Positions 18,347 to 28,296 of a stretch of 32,000 nucleotides of DNA are shown one piece after another. A program made the translations under genes and the position numbers. Where the stretch lies: the NCBI RefSeq assembly GCF_000829235.1, contig NZ_AP012549.1:450001-482000 (forward strand), given 5' to 3'. Positions within the stretch are counted from its first letter, which is position 1; each line of letters starts with the position of its first letter. The notes beneath the pieces were generated by a model. It saw nothing but the letters and a program-made list of their open reading frames with translations, ran no database searches and was not told the origin of the DNA. Source of the stretch: a cyanobacterium endosymbiont of Epithemia turgida isolate EtSB Lake Yunoko (GTDB taxonomy: Bacteria; Cyanobacteriota; Cyanobacteriia; Cyanobacteriales; Microcystaceae).

Positions 18347-18802
18347 ATAATAATTTAGTATTTTCTTCTATGACAGCCTCTTAATCTATATGACATTTGT
18401 ACATTATCTTTATTTGATCTAGTCTTAAGAAAGAGTTTCACTTACTAAAGTTATGTAAATATTTTAGTTTAATTTAAATTAAGGAGAATGCAGGGTTTAG
18501 CGCTCTTCTCCTTTATAATATAGACTATAAAGTCTAACCAATATAAAAATTTATTTTAAAAATTAAACTAATTTAAGTGATTTTTTTGAAAGAAGTGAAT
18601 AATAACAGAAGTTATTTCTATTTATGAGTAAAATTGATAACTTAATCTCTAATAATTAGAGATTATTTTGGAGGTGACTCCTCAAGATTTAGCCCCTTCT
18701 TTCGTTAAGCTTAAAAAAGCAGATTTAAAAACTATAAATCTGGATCTTTTTTGTGAAAGCCTAAAAGCTACTATAATTTGCAAAATTACCTAGTTTTAAA
18801 TT

Positions 18803-18839
18803 AGATAAGGTAGTTTTTTACTAAAAAACTATCTTATCT
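18803..18839. repeat. 17-bp inverted repeat hairpin (one G.T), 3-nt loop
   Basis: AGATAAGGTAGTTTTTT (18803-18819) pairs with AAAAAACTATCTTATCT (18823-18839). There is no flanking U-tract on either strand. Confidence 0.4.
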
Positions 18840-19408
18840 CAGCTATCAATAACTTAACCAAGTCATGAAAAGCTTCAGGGGAATTAGGAACAGCCTAGAG
18901 AAGAGGAAAACCTAAGTTTCCTAAAACGACTCTTTTGCCATATCTAATTTATTACGTAATTCTCCATAAGCAATCAAAAAAATTTAAAGGTTACTTTCTC
19001 AAATTTGTAGGATATAATCAGCCGTAAAAATATATCAACCAGCAAAAATTTTTTCTAGCTGACATTATAGAAAATTTTAGGCGTGTTTACTTTTTACTTT
19101 TATCCAGGATATACTCTTAACTTCTACTACTTTACTACGTCAAAATTATAGGGTTAAGAAATTTTTACTAAACAAAAATTAATATTTTTTGTCCAGTATT
19201 TTTACTTAAAGTCTTCTCTATTATGGAGGAAATGGTAACGAGTGTATCGAAGTACTTCCCTGAAAATACAGCTTTCAATAAATCGATAATGGTCTAATCA
19301 ATTAATTACTTAGAGCGCAAAATTGTAAGTGTTTTTTTCGGATAAATTTACAAGTGGTCATCTCTACACGTTTAAGTGTTACTCATTATAGTTATCTGTG
19401 ATTTAGTC

Positions 19409-19437
19409 ACTTGTTATTGATCGTAACAAGTTTTTTT
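19409..19437 (+). terminator. weak intrinsic-terminator-like hairpin inside the ORF-free region
   Basis: Stem ACTTGTTA (19409-19416) / TAACAAGT (19424-19431) with a 7-nt loop, followed by a T7 run through 19437. The stem is AT-rich, so stability is modest. Confidence 0.35.
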
Positions 19438-21628
19438 AGTGAAAGGGAGTATCAAAATAAAGTAGCTAAGTAATTATAAAATAGCAATGGTTGGGATATC
19501 AGTTTACCTAAAAGCTCACTTAACTTCATTAGAAGAGTAATCATTATTAGATTTGACTAACAACCTAAAAATTTTGTGTTTGAACATAAGAGAATGGAAA
19601 ATTATAAAAATTGCAGATTAGGTGAAACTATAAGAATATTTAATTTTAAAAGCATTTTATAGATCCTCTTCTTTAAGAAAAAGAGAGATTATAGAATTCT
19701 CTAAAAAGTATAAAAAAAATAACACAGTAATCCCATATAACAAAAAAAACACGACTAAATACAAGAGAAATGTTATAAACTAAATTTTTTTTTAACTATG
19801 TTTCATTTTGAAATAGCTCAAATACATAAAAATATTATAGAATTAGTAGGTGATAAAAGAAATAAAATTAGAAAAATACTGCCAGGAAAAAGGAATGTAT
19901 ATAATAACTTTTATTGAAAGGTGTTCGGGTTTTTATGTTGTTTTATTTTAAATTAAATTAAAATCTTAGAAAGAACAAGTATTATATCTATATTTTTATA
20001 AAAATTTAATTTATTATGGAGTAATAAATTAAATTACTTTGAATCGAATATTTTAATTTAATCCCTGAAAACAGATAATTTACCGATTTTTATTGTTACT
20101 TTTTAATAGTAATTGGTTAATTCAAATGCTATGAATACTCAGTTTAAATTTTTATCATAAATTTACTAAATCATTTTCACTATTAATAATATTATTGAGA
20201 GAGTTTATAAGATTTGATAGTTATAGTTTAATTTAATGTTCTCTAATTAAATAAGCTTATATCTAAAATATTTTTGCTTAATTATTTAATTAAATATAAA
20301 TTTATTTTACTAAAAAAATTTATTTGCTACTACTTAAACTTGTTATATTAACTGATCAATAATATTTCTATAAGTTTTTTAAAACTGTATGCTAACCTCT
20401 TTTATTGAAATTAAAGAGGTTAGATATTTTACTGGGTTTTAATTTTACAAGTCAACTTTTTTAAAAAAAGATACTAATACTATATAATAGTTTTATTGTC
20501 CATTATTTGTAACTCAAGTATTTGAGTATTATTTATATTGATAATTTATTCAATTTGTATCTTATCCTAAATTTTTAGGTAAATATTTACAGCCCATTGA
20601 TGATATTCTGTATTATAAGTAACTAATTTAACGATAATTAATTTTGAGATAAATAACTTTTTATTTCTAAGGTAAATTTATGATAATTAATTTATTATTT
20701 TTATATTATTTAAGCTTGTTATGATAGGTGATAATTAATTTTTATAAAATTAAAATTTTACTTTTTAAATAAAGTTAAATAATTTATTCTAAATTCATAA
20801 ATTAATTTAATATTTTAAATTATATATAATTAAACTTATATATAATTTATGTTTGTATTTTATTGATAAAGTAATTTTCGTTTTTAATAATTAAATTATC
20901 AATAATAAAACTTCATATTTTTAATTTAGTTTCACAATAAATTTATCTAATAATCTCTAAACTTGCCTAAATTATATTTATCTTTAAATATAATTTAGGC
21001 AAGGTAGTCTCATTAACTTTTTGTTAAAAACAACCCCATATAAATCTGTTAAAAACTAGGTAAATTTAGCCATATATATTAAACATATAAGAATATACTA
21101 AAATAATTTATTTTCTGAATATCTTAATAGTTTTAAAAGATAAATTACTTGACTGTTAATCGCTTATTAGTGCCCATAAAATTTTATAAAATCTTGTATA
21201 AATTCTTTAAAAAATTTTTTAGAGAATAAAAAAAAGTCAAAAATTTACTTTGATAAAATGATTAAATAGAATATTTGATTATCAAAAAAATTAATTGTTT
21301 TTGTTGACATTATTATTTTTCTCTATACTTAGACACTTAATTATTACCACTTGAAAAACTTCCAGTTAATTTGGCTTCTTAGGAGGGAAAAATGAGCTAA
21401 CTCATAAATACACCGACATGAAATAAAACAAATATTTACCACCAGCAACAACAACTATTACTATATTATTCTTGCTATTCCCTCGCCACAGCACATTTGT
21501 TTTGTTCTGTACTTTATAAGTGACAGTTATAAAACTGTCCTGGTTTTCTTTCCCATTAAAAATAACGATAGTACAATATGCCTAGATTAGGTACCAATTC
21601 GATGAATCGTGGTGTGAGAAAAGTAAGT

Positions 21629-21733
21629 AGAAAGGCATTTGGGGTCGAAACATGGCAAGACTCCCAAGTGCCTTTCTTATCAGGGTAAAAAGTACCAGCT
21701 TTTTACAGTCTCAGTCGTAACTGGACTTTTATT
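21629..21733 (+). other. three consecutive stem-loops, the last terminator-like; candidate structured RNA or relic 3' UTR
   Basis: Hairpin 1: AGAAAGGCATTTGGG (21629-21643) / CCCAAGTGCCTTTCT (21663-21677), 15 bp with one G.T. Hairpin 2: GTAAAAAG (21685-21692) / CTTTTTAC (21699-21706). Hairpin 3: AGTC(T)CAGT / ACTGGACT (21707-21727) with a CGTA loop, followed by TTTATT. Confidence 0.35.
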
Positions 21734-21740
21734 AAGTGAT

Positions 21741-21808
21741 TAACTTGACATCTTAAATTCATTTAAATTTATTTTTTGGACTTGAAACGAGTTTAAGATG
21801 TCAAGTTA
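21741..21808. repeat. perfect 17-bp inverted repeat separated by 34 nt
   Basis: TAACTTGACATCTTAAA (21741-21757) and TTTAAGATGTCAAGTTA (21792-21808). It lies ~180 nt upstream of the glpK start. Confidence 0.7.
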
Positions 21809-21990
21809 CTTGTAAAATAGTCTCATAGTAAGTGTTTAGACTGATTCTAGATAAAAGCTCCTAATTACATAGGAGACAATCTATAGATATAGTCTTCGAT
21901 TTTAGCAGTTCAAGATTGCTAATCATGATGATCCAAAACATTTTTCAGTGAGAGTGCTTTGGACAACCTATTATTAATGATAAATAACTA

Positions 21991-23493
21991 ATGACAATCA
22001 AACACGACAAATATATCCTGGCGATAGACTTAGGGACTACGGGGAACCGCGCCATTCTTTTTGATAAAGAAGGTGCAATTGCTAGTCAAGTATATAAAGA
22101 ATTAACTCAACATTATCCTCATCCAGGTTGGTTAGAACATGATGCAACAGAAATTTGGCAAGATACCCTTAGGGTTATTAATCAGGCTTTAGAAAAAAAA
22201 CAAGTAGATATTACAGCAATTGCAGCTATTGGTTTGACCGTACAGCGGGAAACCTGTCTCTTATGGGATAAGACTACGGGAAAGCCCCTATACAAGGCTA
22301 TCGTCTGGCAAGATCGTCGTACTTCCGATTTATGTGCTAAATTACGCGAACAGGGAAAATCTCAAGAAATTACTCAAAAAACTGGTCTAGTTCTCGACCC
22401 CTACTTTTCCGCCACTAAACTTGCCTGGTTGATTAATTGGGTTAAAGAAAACAAACCCTTAGTCAACTTTGAGAATATCATGGCTGGAACCATTGATACT
22501 TGGATGCTATGGAAGCTAACGGGAGGTCAAGTTCACGCTACCGACCATAGTAATGCCTGTCGTACCATGTTAATGAATCTCGATAGCCTAACTTGGGATT
22601 CAGATTTATTAGAATTGTTTGGCATTCCATCAACTTTTATGCCAAAAATTCAAACAAGTATGAGTTATTTTGGTAAAACCGATGCTGATATATTAGGGGC
22701 AGAAATTCCTATTACCGCTATTTTTGGTGATCAACAAGCTTCTCTATTTGCTCACGGTTGTAACCGTCAAGGAGTACTTAAATGCACTTATGGGACGGGC
22801 ACTTTCCTGATTCTACAAGCTGGCACAAAAGTCATGCGCTCTCAAAATCAACTCCTTTCTACTATAGCTTGGACAACAGATAACTTTACTAACTATGCCC
22901 TAGAAGGATCGATCTTTACCTCTGGAGCCGCAGTTCAATGGTTACGTGACGGCGTAAAATTAATTAATAGTGCAGTTGAAACTGAAACCATGGCTTATCA
23001 GGTTTCCGATACTAATGGAGTCTACTTTGTCCCTGCGTTGAGTGGATTAGGAGCACCTCACTGGGATATGTCAGCTAGGGGAGCATTTTTCGGTATAACA
23101 GGAGGAGTCCAAAAAGAACACATGGTAAGGGCAGTATTAGAATCGATCGCTTACCAAGTTAAGGAAGTAGTCGAAGCTATAAATAAGGGCTCAGACACGG
23201 CAGTAGCCTGTCTCAAAGTTGATGGAGGTGCTTCCGAAAATAATTTTTTAATGCAGTTTCAAGCCGATACTTTGGGAATTCCTGTGGAACGTCCTATGAT
23301 ACTAGATGCCACTGCCCAAGGTGCCGCTTTTGGGGCTGGATTGACCGTTGGTTTTTGGGACAGTTATGATGATCTGATTGCTGCCCGTAAAATTGATCGA
23401 GTCTTCAACCCTGGAGACAATGCCCCTAAGGCTCAAGCTAACTTTATTCCCTGGCAACGAGCAGTAGAACGGGCTAAACATTGGGTTCAATAG
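21991..23493 (+). CDS. glpK: glycerol kinase
   Basis: 500 aa. The blocks ILAIDLGTTGNRAILFD, HPGWLEHD, VWQDRRT, GDQQASLFAHGC and DGGASENNFLMQFQAD are typical FGGY/GlpK. Confidence 0.95.
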   Translation: MTIKHDKYILAIDLGTTGNRAILFDKEGAIASQVYKELTQHYPHPGWLEHDATEIWQDTLRVINQALEKKQVDITAIAAIGLTVQRETCLLWDKTTGKPLYKAIVWQDRRTSDLCAKLREQGKSQEITQKTGLVLDPYFSATKLAWLINWVKENKPLVNFENIMAGTIDTWMLWKLTGGQVHATDHSNACRTMLMNLDSLTWDSDLLELFGIPSTFMPKIQTSMSYFGKTDADILGAEIPITAIFGDQQASLFAHGCNRQGVLKCTYGTGTFLILQAGTKVMRSQNQLLSTIAWTTDNFTNYALEGSIFTSGAAVQWLRDGVKLINSAVETETMAYQVSDTNGVYFVPALSGLGAPHWDMSARGAFFGITGGVQKEHMVRAVLESIAYQVKEVVEAINKGSDTAVACLKVDGGASENNFLMQFQADTLGIPVERPMILDATAQGAAFGAGLTVGFWDSYDDLIAARKIDRVFNPGDNAPKAQANFIPWQRAVERAKHWVQ

Positions 23494-23526
23494 TACCAGG
23501 ACCATCCTTAAGACTGGACTACTACT

Positions 23527-23549
23527 TCCCCGATGCATCAGTCGGGGAG
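23527..23549 (+). terminator. GC-rich hairpin just after the glpK stop (no U-tract)
   Basis: TCCCCGA (23527-23533) / TCGGGGA (23542-23548), extended by one further T.G wobble pair (T23526-G23549), with an 8-nt loop. It starts ~35 nt after the stop and is locally unusual in GC content. Confidence 0.35.
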
Positions 23550-23813
23550 TGATTAGAAGTGATCAGAAAGTGAACTGTCCATTACTCTTGGTCTTAACAT
23601 TATGCTCAATATTCATTGTGATGAATATTGACTAGAATTTTTATCTATAAAGCTATTTAAATTCATTTTTTTACATTGATATCTTTTATTTTTGTACGAC
23701 CTTCTTGCAGCGTAGCCGTTTCTTATCTTTCATCAAAGCGATACAATACAATGACAAAGACTTAACAAATTTAGGTCGGACAGGACAATGAAAGTAGTAC
23801 AGTTTAAGGGCGT

Positions 23814-24200
23814 TTGTCTATCCTCTATTCAATATCGAACCCCTTTAAAATTGTTAATCCCATGAGAACTACTATCAATCAAATTAAACCTGCCCTAAAA
23901 GGGAATGTGATAAGTTATAAGCCTTGCTATTTTCCAAAAGAGATTGATGAATATAAAATTCTCCGCCATGCGCTTTATTCAGATGAAGGTGCTCTAGAAA
24001 GAAAATGTCGTATTGAGGGGATTGACAAAATTCCTTATGAAACTACCATTCTTAACTCAGAGTTTATCAACTTTCTTGTTGACTCGATTAATATTTTTCC
24101 GAAAGCTTATTTTTCCGATTTTACTCGAGTATCTTATCACAGATTACTGCATCTTGAAAAATTTTCTTCCTTATCCTTTTACAGCAGTTTACACAGTTGA
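23814..24200 (+). CDS. hypothetical protein (possibly a decaying orphan)
   Basis: 128-aa ORF starting at TTG, with an internal ATG at Met17. No recognisable motif. Overlapped by alternative-frame ORFs and AT-rich at the 3' end. Confidence 0.35.
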   Translation: MSILYSISNPFKIVNPMRTTINQIKPALKGNVISYKPCYFPKEIDEYKILRHALYSDEGALERKCRIEGIDKIPYETTILNSEFINFLVDSINIFPKAYFSDFTRVSYHRLLHLEKFSSLSFYSSLHS

Positions 24201-24294
24201 AAACTGTATCAGAGCATTAAGTGGGAAAAAAAAGGTTAAGAGCAATGTTTGATAGATGCTACATCTATACCATTTCCTAAAAAACTGCCGTTGA

Positions 24295-25392
24295 ATGACA
24301 TATTTAAGGAGTAACCTCGTGGCACTGTCAACAAAATATTTACTAGTTGGATCAATTGAAGCGTGCAGTGGCAAATCCGGGACAATCATTGGACTTGCTC
24401 ATCATTTAAAGCAAAAAGGGTTTTCTGTGGCCTATGGTAAACCCGTCGGAACCTATTTAGGAGATAACTCGACTCTAGGTAAAGAAGCTGATGTGCAGTT
24501 TATCACTGATGTCCTGGAATTAAAATCGACTCAAATACGATCACCTCTGTTATTCCTAGAAACAAAAACTGTTGAGAGACGCCTCAGAGGGGAAGATACT
24601 AAAAACTATACTCAATTGTTAAACCAGTCCTATGGTGAAATAGAAGCTGATGTGGTAATTCTCGAAGGAGTAGGAACACTATGGAAAGGAAGTTTGTTTA
24701 GCTTATCGGTAATGGATATTGCTCATACGCTCGGCGCGTCGATCATGCTAGTCGCCCGTTATCATTCTCCTTTAGTGGTTGATAGCCTTGTCAAGGCTAA
24801 ACAGCAGTTAGGCGATCATCTAATAGGAGTGATTATTAATCATATTCCTGTCGATGAATTAGAATCCACTCAAACCCTAATTAGACCCTATCTAGAAGGT
24901 CAAGGAATTAAGGTTTTAGGAATGTTGCCGTCGAGTAATTTACTGCACAGCGTTAGTGTTCGTGAAATTGCTCACCAATTAGAAGCAGATGTGTTGTGTC
25001 GTGGTGATCGCTTAGATTTAATGGTGGAAAGTCTCACTATCGGGGCGATGAATGTTAACTCGGCGTTGGAATATTTTCGCAAAGGACAACATAAAGCTGT
25101 GGTTACAGGAGGTGATCGCACAGACTTACAACTAGCTGCTCTGGAAACTTCCACTAGTTGTCTGATTTTGACTGGACACATTACCCCTCAACCTTTAATC
25201 ATCAACCGGGCTGAGGATCTAGAGGTTCCCATTCTTTCAGTTAATCTTGATACCTTACAAACGGTAGAAATTGTTGATAGTACCTTTGGAACTGTTAGAC
25301 TTCAAGAACAAATTAAAATAGATTGCATTGAACAATTAATGACCGATTATTTTGATTTTGATGACTCCCTCCAAACCTTAGGACTTAGTTAA
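24295..25392 (+). CDS. DRTGG-domain protein with BioD/CobQ-like N-terminal P-loop domain (phosphotransacetylase N-terminal-like)
   Basis: 365 aa with [18 protein letters not shown] (P-loop-like) and ...[27 protein letters not shown]... (DRTGG motif). An AGGAG 7 nt upstream of GTG 24319 suggests the true start may be 8 codons downstream ([11 protein letters not shown]...). Confidence 0.8.
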   Translation: MTYLRSNLVALSTKYLLVGSIEACSGKSGTIIGLAHHLKQKGFSVAYGKPVGTYLGDNSTLGKEADVQFITDVLELKSTQIRSPLLFLETKTVERRLRGEDTKNYTQLLNQSYGEIEADVVILEGVGTLWKGSLFSLSVMDIAHTLGASIMLVARYHSPLVVDSLVKAKQQLGDHLIGVIINHIPVDELESTQTLIRPYLEGQGIKVLGMLPSSNLLHSVSVREIAHQLEADVLCRGDRLDLMVESLTIGAMNVNSALEYFRKGQHKAVVTGGDRTDLQLAALETSTSCLILTGHITPQPLIINRAEDLEVPILSVNLDTLQTVEIVDSTFGTVRLQEQIKIDCIEQLMTDYFDFDDSLQTLGLS

Positions 25393-25477
25393 ATTGATGC
25401 AGGTGTATAAGTTAACTGGTATTAAACTTTGCATTCGGTGATCAAGGATTTTAGATTTTAAAATTTTTTTAGCCAAT

Positions 25478-26899
25478 ATGATAGAAAACCCAGATAATCC
25501 CTTTTTCAATCTTAATTATGAACCCGTTCTCGAAAATCTTGGGGATGATTATTATGACCAAGTTGCTGCTGCTGAATTTCCCCAACAGATTCTTCGTTTC
25601 CGCAATAATGAGTTATTACCCTTGTTCGGGTTATCTTCTGAAGTTGTATCTGATAATCATTTTATTGAAGCCTTTGGTAAATTAAAAGGAGTTCGTCCTT
25701 TTTTAGCTTTACGCTACCATGGTTATCAATTTGGACAGTATAATCCCCTTTTAGGGGATGGAAGGGGTTTTCTTTACGGACAAATACAGGGAACAGACAA
25801 TCACTTATATGATTTTGGAACTAAAGGATCCGGTCAAACTCCTTATTCCCGTGGTGGCGATGGTAGATTAACTTTGAAAGGGGGAGTTAGGGAAGTATTA
25901 GCTGCCGAAGCGTTACATTCTTTGGGAGTAAGAACATCACGTTGTTTAAGTTTAATTGAAACTGGAGAGAAGCTATGGCGTAGTGACGAACAGTCCCCTG
26001 CTCGTTCATCAGTTATGATTCGTGTTAATCGTTCCCATATTCGTTTTGGTACTTTTGAACGGTTGTATTACCTAAAACGTCCCGATTTAATTCAGAAATT
26101 ATTAGACCATGTTATTGATATTTACTATCCCGAAATTGGTAAATATTCAGACCGTTACTCCCTCTTCTATGGAGAATTAGTCAAACGAGTTGCCAAATTA
26201 GCAGCACAGTGGATGGCAGCAGGATTTTGTCATGGAGTATTAAATACAGATAATATGTCAATTACGGGAGAAAGTTTTGATTACGGTCCCTATGCTTTTA
26301 TTCCTACCTATAATCCAAAATTTGTTGCTGCTTATTTTGATGATGGTGGACGCTACAGTTATGGGAATCAAGCGTTTATTTCTCGTTCAAATTTAGAGAT
26401 GTTGCATCTCCCTTTGATGACCGTCATTCCTTTGTCTGAGTTGGAAGAATCTTTAGCGAAATTTGATTATTATTACCGCCAATTTTATCAAGAATTAATC
26501 CTAAGAAGATTAGGATTCGATAATTTTATGATTACTGAGGGACAAAATTTAGTGGAAAAAACATTAGAAATTTTACAAGAAACCCAAATAAGTTATTTTG
26601 GATTTTTTAAAACTTTATCTCAAGGATTCAATTATGGATGGCGTGAAAACAGTCTAACTATTTTAGAAAACATAACATTACCTCCTGCTGATTGGCAAGG
26701 TTGGTGTATGATTTATCATCGAATTCTAAATCAATTACCTATAGAAATGATAAAAACAGTAGAAAATTGTTTGCAGGTTCATAACCCAAAAATTAGTTTA
26801 GTAAAAGAAACTATTGAAACAGTTTGGGAAGCGATCGCCTACAGAGATGATTGGCAACCTTTTTATAACCTAATTAAAAAACTACAATTGAAAGAGTGA
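25478..26899 (+). CDS. selO: protein adenylyltransferase SelO (YdiU/UPF0061)
   Basis: 473 aa. The blocks [42 protein letters not shown] and [23 protein letters not shown] are hallmark SelO motifs. Confidence 0.9.
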   Translation: MIENPDNPFFNLNYEPVLENLGDDYYDQVAAAEFPQQILRFRNNELLPLFGLSSEVVSDNHFIEAFGKLKGVRPFLALRYHGYQFGQYNPLLGDGRGFLYGQIQGTDNHLYDFGTKGSGQTPYSRGGDGRLTLKGGVREVLAAEALHSLGVRTSRCLSLIETGEKLWRSDEQSPARSSVMIRVNRSHIRFGTFERLYYLKRPDLIQKLLDHVIDIYYPEIGKYSDRYSLFYGELVKRVAKLAAQWMAAGFCHGVLNTDNMSITGESFDYGPYAFIPTYNPKFVAAYFDDGGRYSYGNQAFISRSNLEMLHLPLMTVIPLSELEESLAKFDYYYRQFYQELILRRLGFDNFMITEGQNLVEKTLEILQETQISYFGFFKTLSQGFNYGWRENSLTILENITLPPADWQGWCMIYHRILNQLPIEMIKTVENCLQVHNPKISLVKETIETVWEAIAYRDDWQPFYNLIKKLQLKE

Positions 26900-27095
26900 C
26901 TGATCTCCTCTCAAATCATCTTTAATAATATTTTTCTATCTTCTACACAACTTTTAAGAGAAAAGAGCCAAACAATTAAATCAGCTACATTGCTTGATAA
27001 TCTTAGGTTTATCGGACTCAGAATGTCTCTCTTAACTGAAAAGACCCAGCCATGACCATAAATTAGCTGAGCCTTTTTGAAGTTAATGTTATTTA

Positions 27096-27482
27096 TGGAG
27101 CCGAGCAGAGTCGAACTGCTGTCCAGACTGGGTATTGACTGTCCGCTCATTCACAGGTTTAGTACTTTTGATCCGCAGAACGGGAACCATTCTTTATCCC
27201 GAATGGTGGGGGATACTCTAGTAAGGTCTTTACCCAATAGCCAACCAGAGATAGCTATCGAGTGCATCCGTTGGGTTTAGGCTTCTAAAATTTAACGGAG
27301 TCACCCTAGAAGCGAGCGTACTCTTTAAGAGTTTAGTTATGCAGCTACAGCCGCACGCTCAAACTTAACGATTTTATTCGCATTTACTTTTTTGTTTGAA
27401 TCTTGGATTTACGAGAGGAGACTCACTCTCGACCTGAATCACAGAGGAGATTTCGCCAACCTGTCGAAACCGTTACGGCCCC
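27096..27482 (-). ncRNA. ssrA: tmRNA (ssrA), one-piece
   Basis: The 5' end is GGGGCCGTAACGGTTTCGACAGG. The 3' end is ...GGTTCGACTCTGCTCGGCTCCA, a tRNA-Ala-like acceptor with the G3:U70 pair; CCA is not encoded. The tag reading frame at 27337-27381 (- strand) is GCG AAT AAA ATC GTT AAG TTT GAG CGT GCG GCT GTA GCT GCA TAA, giving (A)NKIVKFERAAVAA. Confidence 0.93.
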
Positions 27483-28296
27483 TTGCTGATCTTGTCTACA
27501 ATTATAAGTTCTAGTCTAGGATTTTGACAACCTAACAAAGGATGATTGTTCCATCTACTTAAAAACTTCTCGTCTAGGACCGAAGGCATAAAAAACTTGT
27601 ATGGAGTTGTCACTAAACCTCCAGTTATTGTAATTGTATTCTTGTTTATGGAGACATTGTATATAAGCAGCCTGAAATAAATGCTTTTCAAAACAATTAT
27701 TTCGTATCTTTATCTCTAAGTAATTAGAGTTAAATTTATATTACCATGACTAATATTTTTTGAAATTAACTTATTTTTTAAAAAAATATTTTACTGCCTC
27801 AGCTAAATCATATTTATCTTTAGACTCCCTTTCGGGAATTTTATGAGTTTTATTGGCGCTATTTTCTTTCTATTACATTTAGTTTTGAACTATGAACCTT
27901 AAAAATTATACTCCATATACCTCCTTATCTAATATTTTTCTACTTTTTATGCTTTTTTATTTCTGAAATATATATAAATTATTATACTTATTTTTATTTA
28001 ATTTTATTTTGAGCCCTTATCTTAATAGATTACGTATTTTTATAAAATTTAATTTTACTCCCATCTATTACTACTATTTTTTTGAAAAACTTAGATTATT
28101 AACTACTGATATAGACTCAATTTACCCTATTATTAGTAATTACTAAATATACTTACTGCCTTCTTCTATATAAGTTATTTTTCTTGAAAAGTAAGAGACA
28201 AATATAATCTTTCTTTTGTTATAATCCCGAAAAAAATTTTATAGTCCTGAGTTGACTTTGATAGGTTTAAGGGTTTCAATTCTGTCAGCCAAATTT

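Noticed and set aside
18643-18665. A perfect 23-nt palindrome, TAATCTCTAAT-A-ATTAGAGATTA.
   Set aside because: An 11-bp AT-rich arm is expected about once or more by chance in 32 kb at this composition, and there is no supporting context.
19590-19720. A short + strand frame MENYKNCRLGETIRIFNFKSIL* faintly reminiscent of restriction-modification S-subunit target-recognition motifs.
   Set aside because: The resemblance rests on an LGE tripeptide in ~20 residues and is not supportable.
19900-21350. Repetitive-looking A/T words (aattaaatt, tatatataatt, ttaaatta) that could suggest a CRISPR array, tandem repeat or satellite.
   Set aside because: I found no constant repeat unit, no regular period and no repeat-spacer architecture. 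This is low-complexity composition, not an array.
23606-23631. The hairpin TCAATATTCAT-TGTG-ATGAATATTGA downstream of glpK.
   Set aside because: It has an 11-bp purely AT-rich stem at chance-level frequency and no U-tract. The GC-rich hairpin at 23527-23549 is the better terminator candidate.
26911-27691. Three track ORFs: 26911-27150 (-), 27077-27280 (+) and 27473-27691 (-).
   Set aside because: They overlap or abut the tmRNA gene (27096-27482, - strand). Its tRNA-like ends and tag frame fully explain the sequence, and the peptides show no recognisable features.
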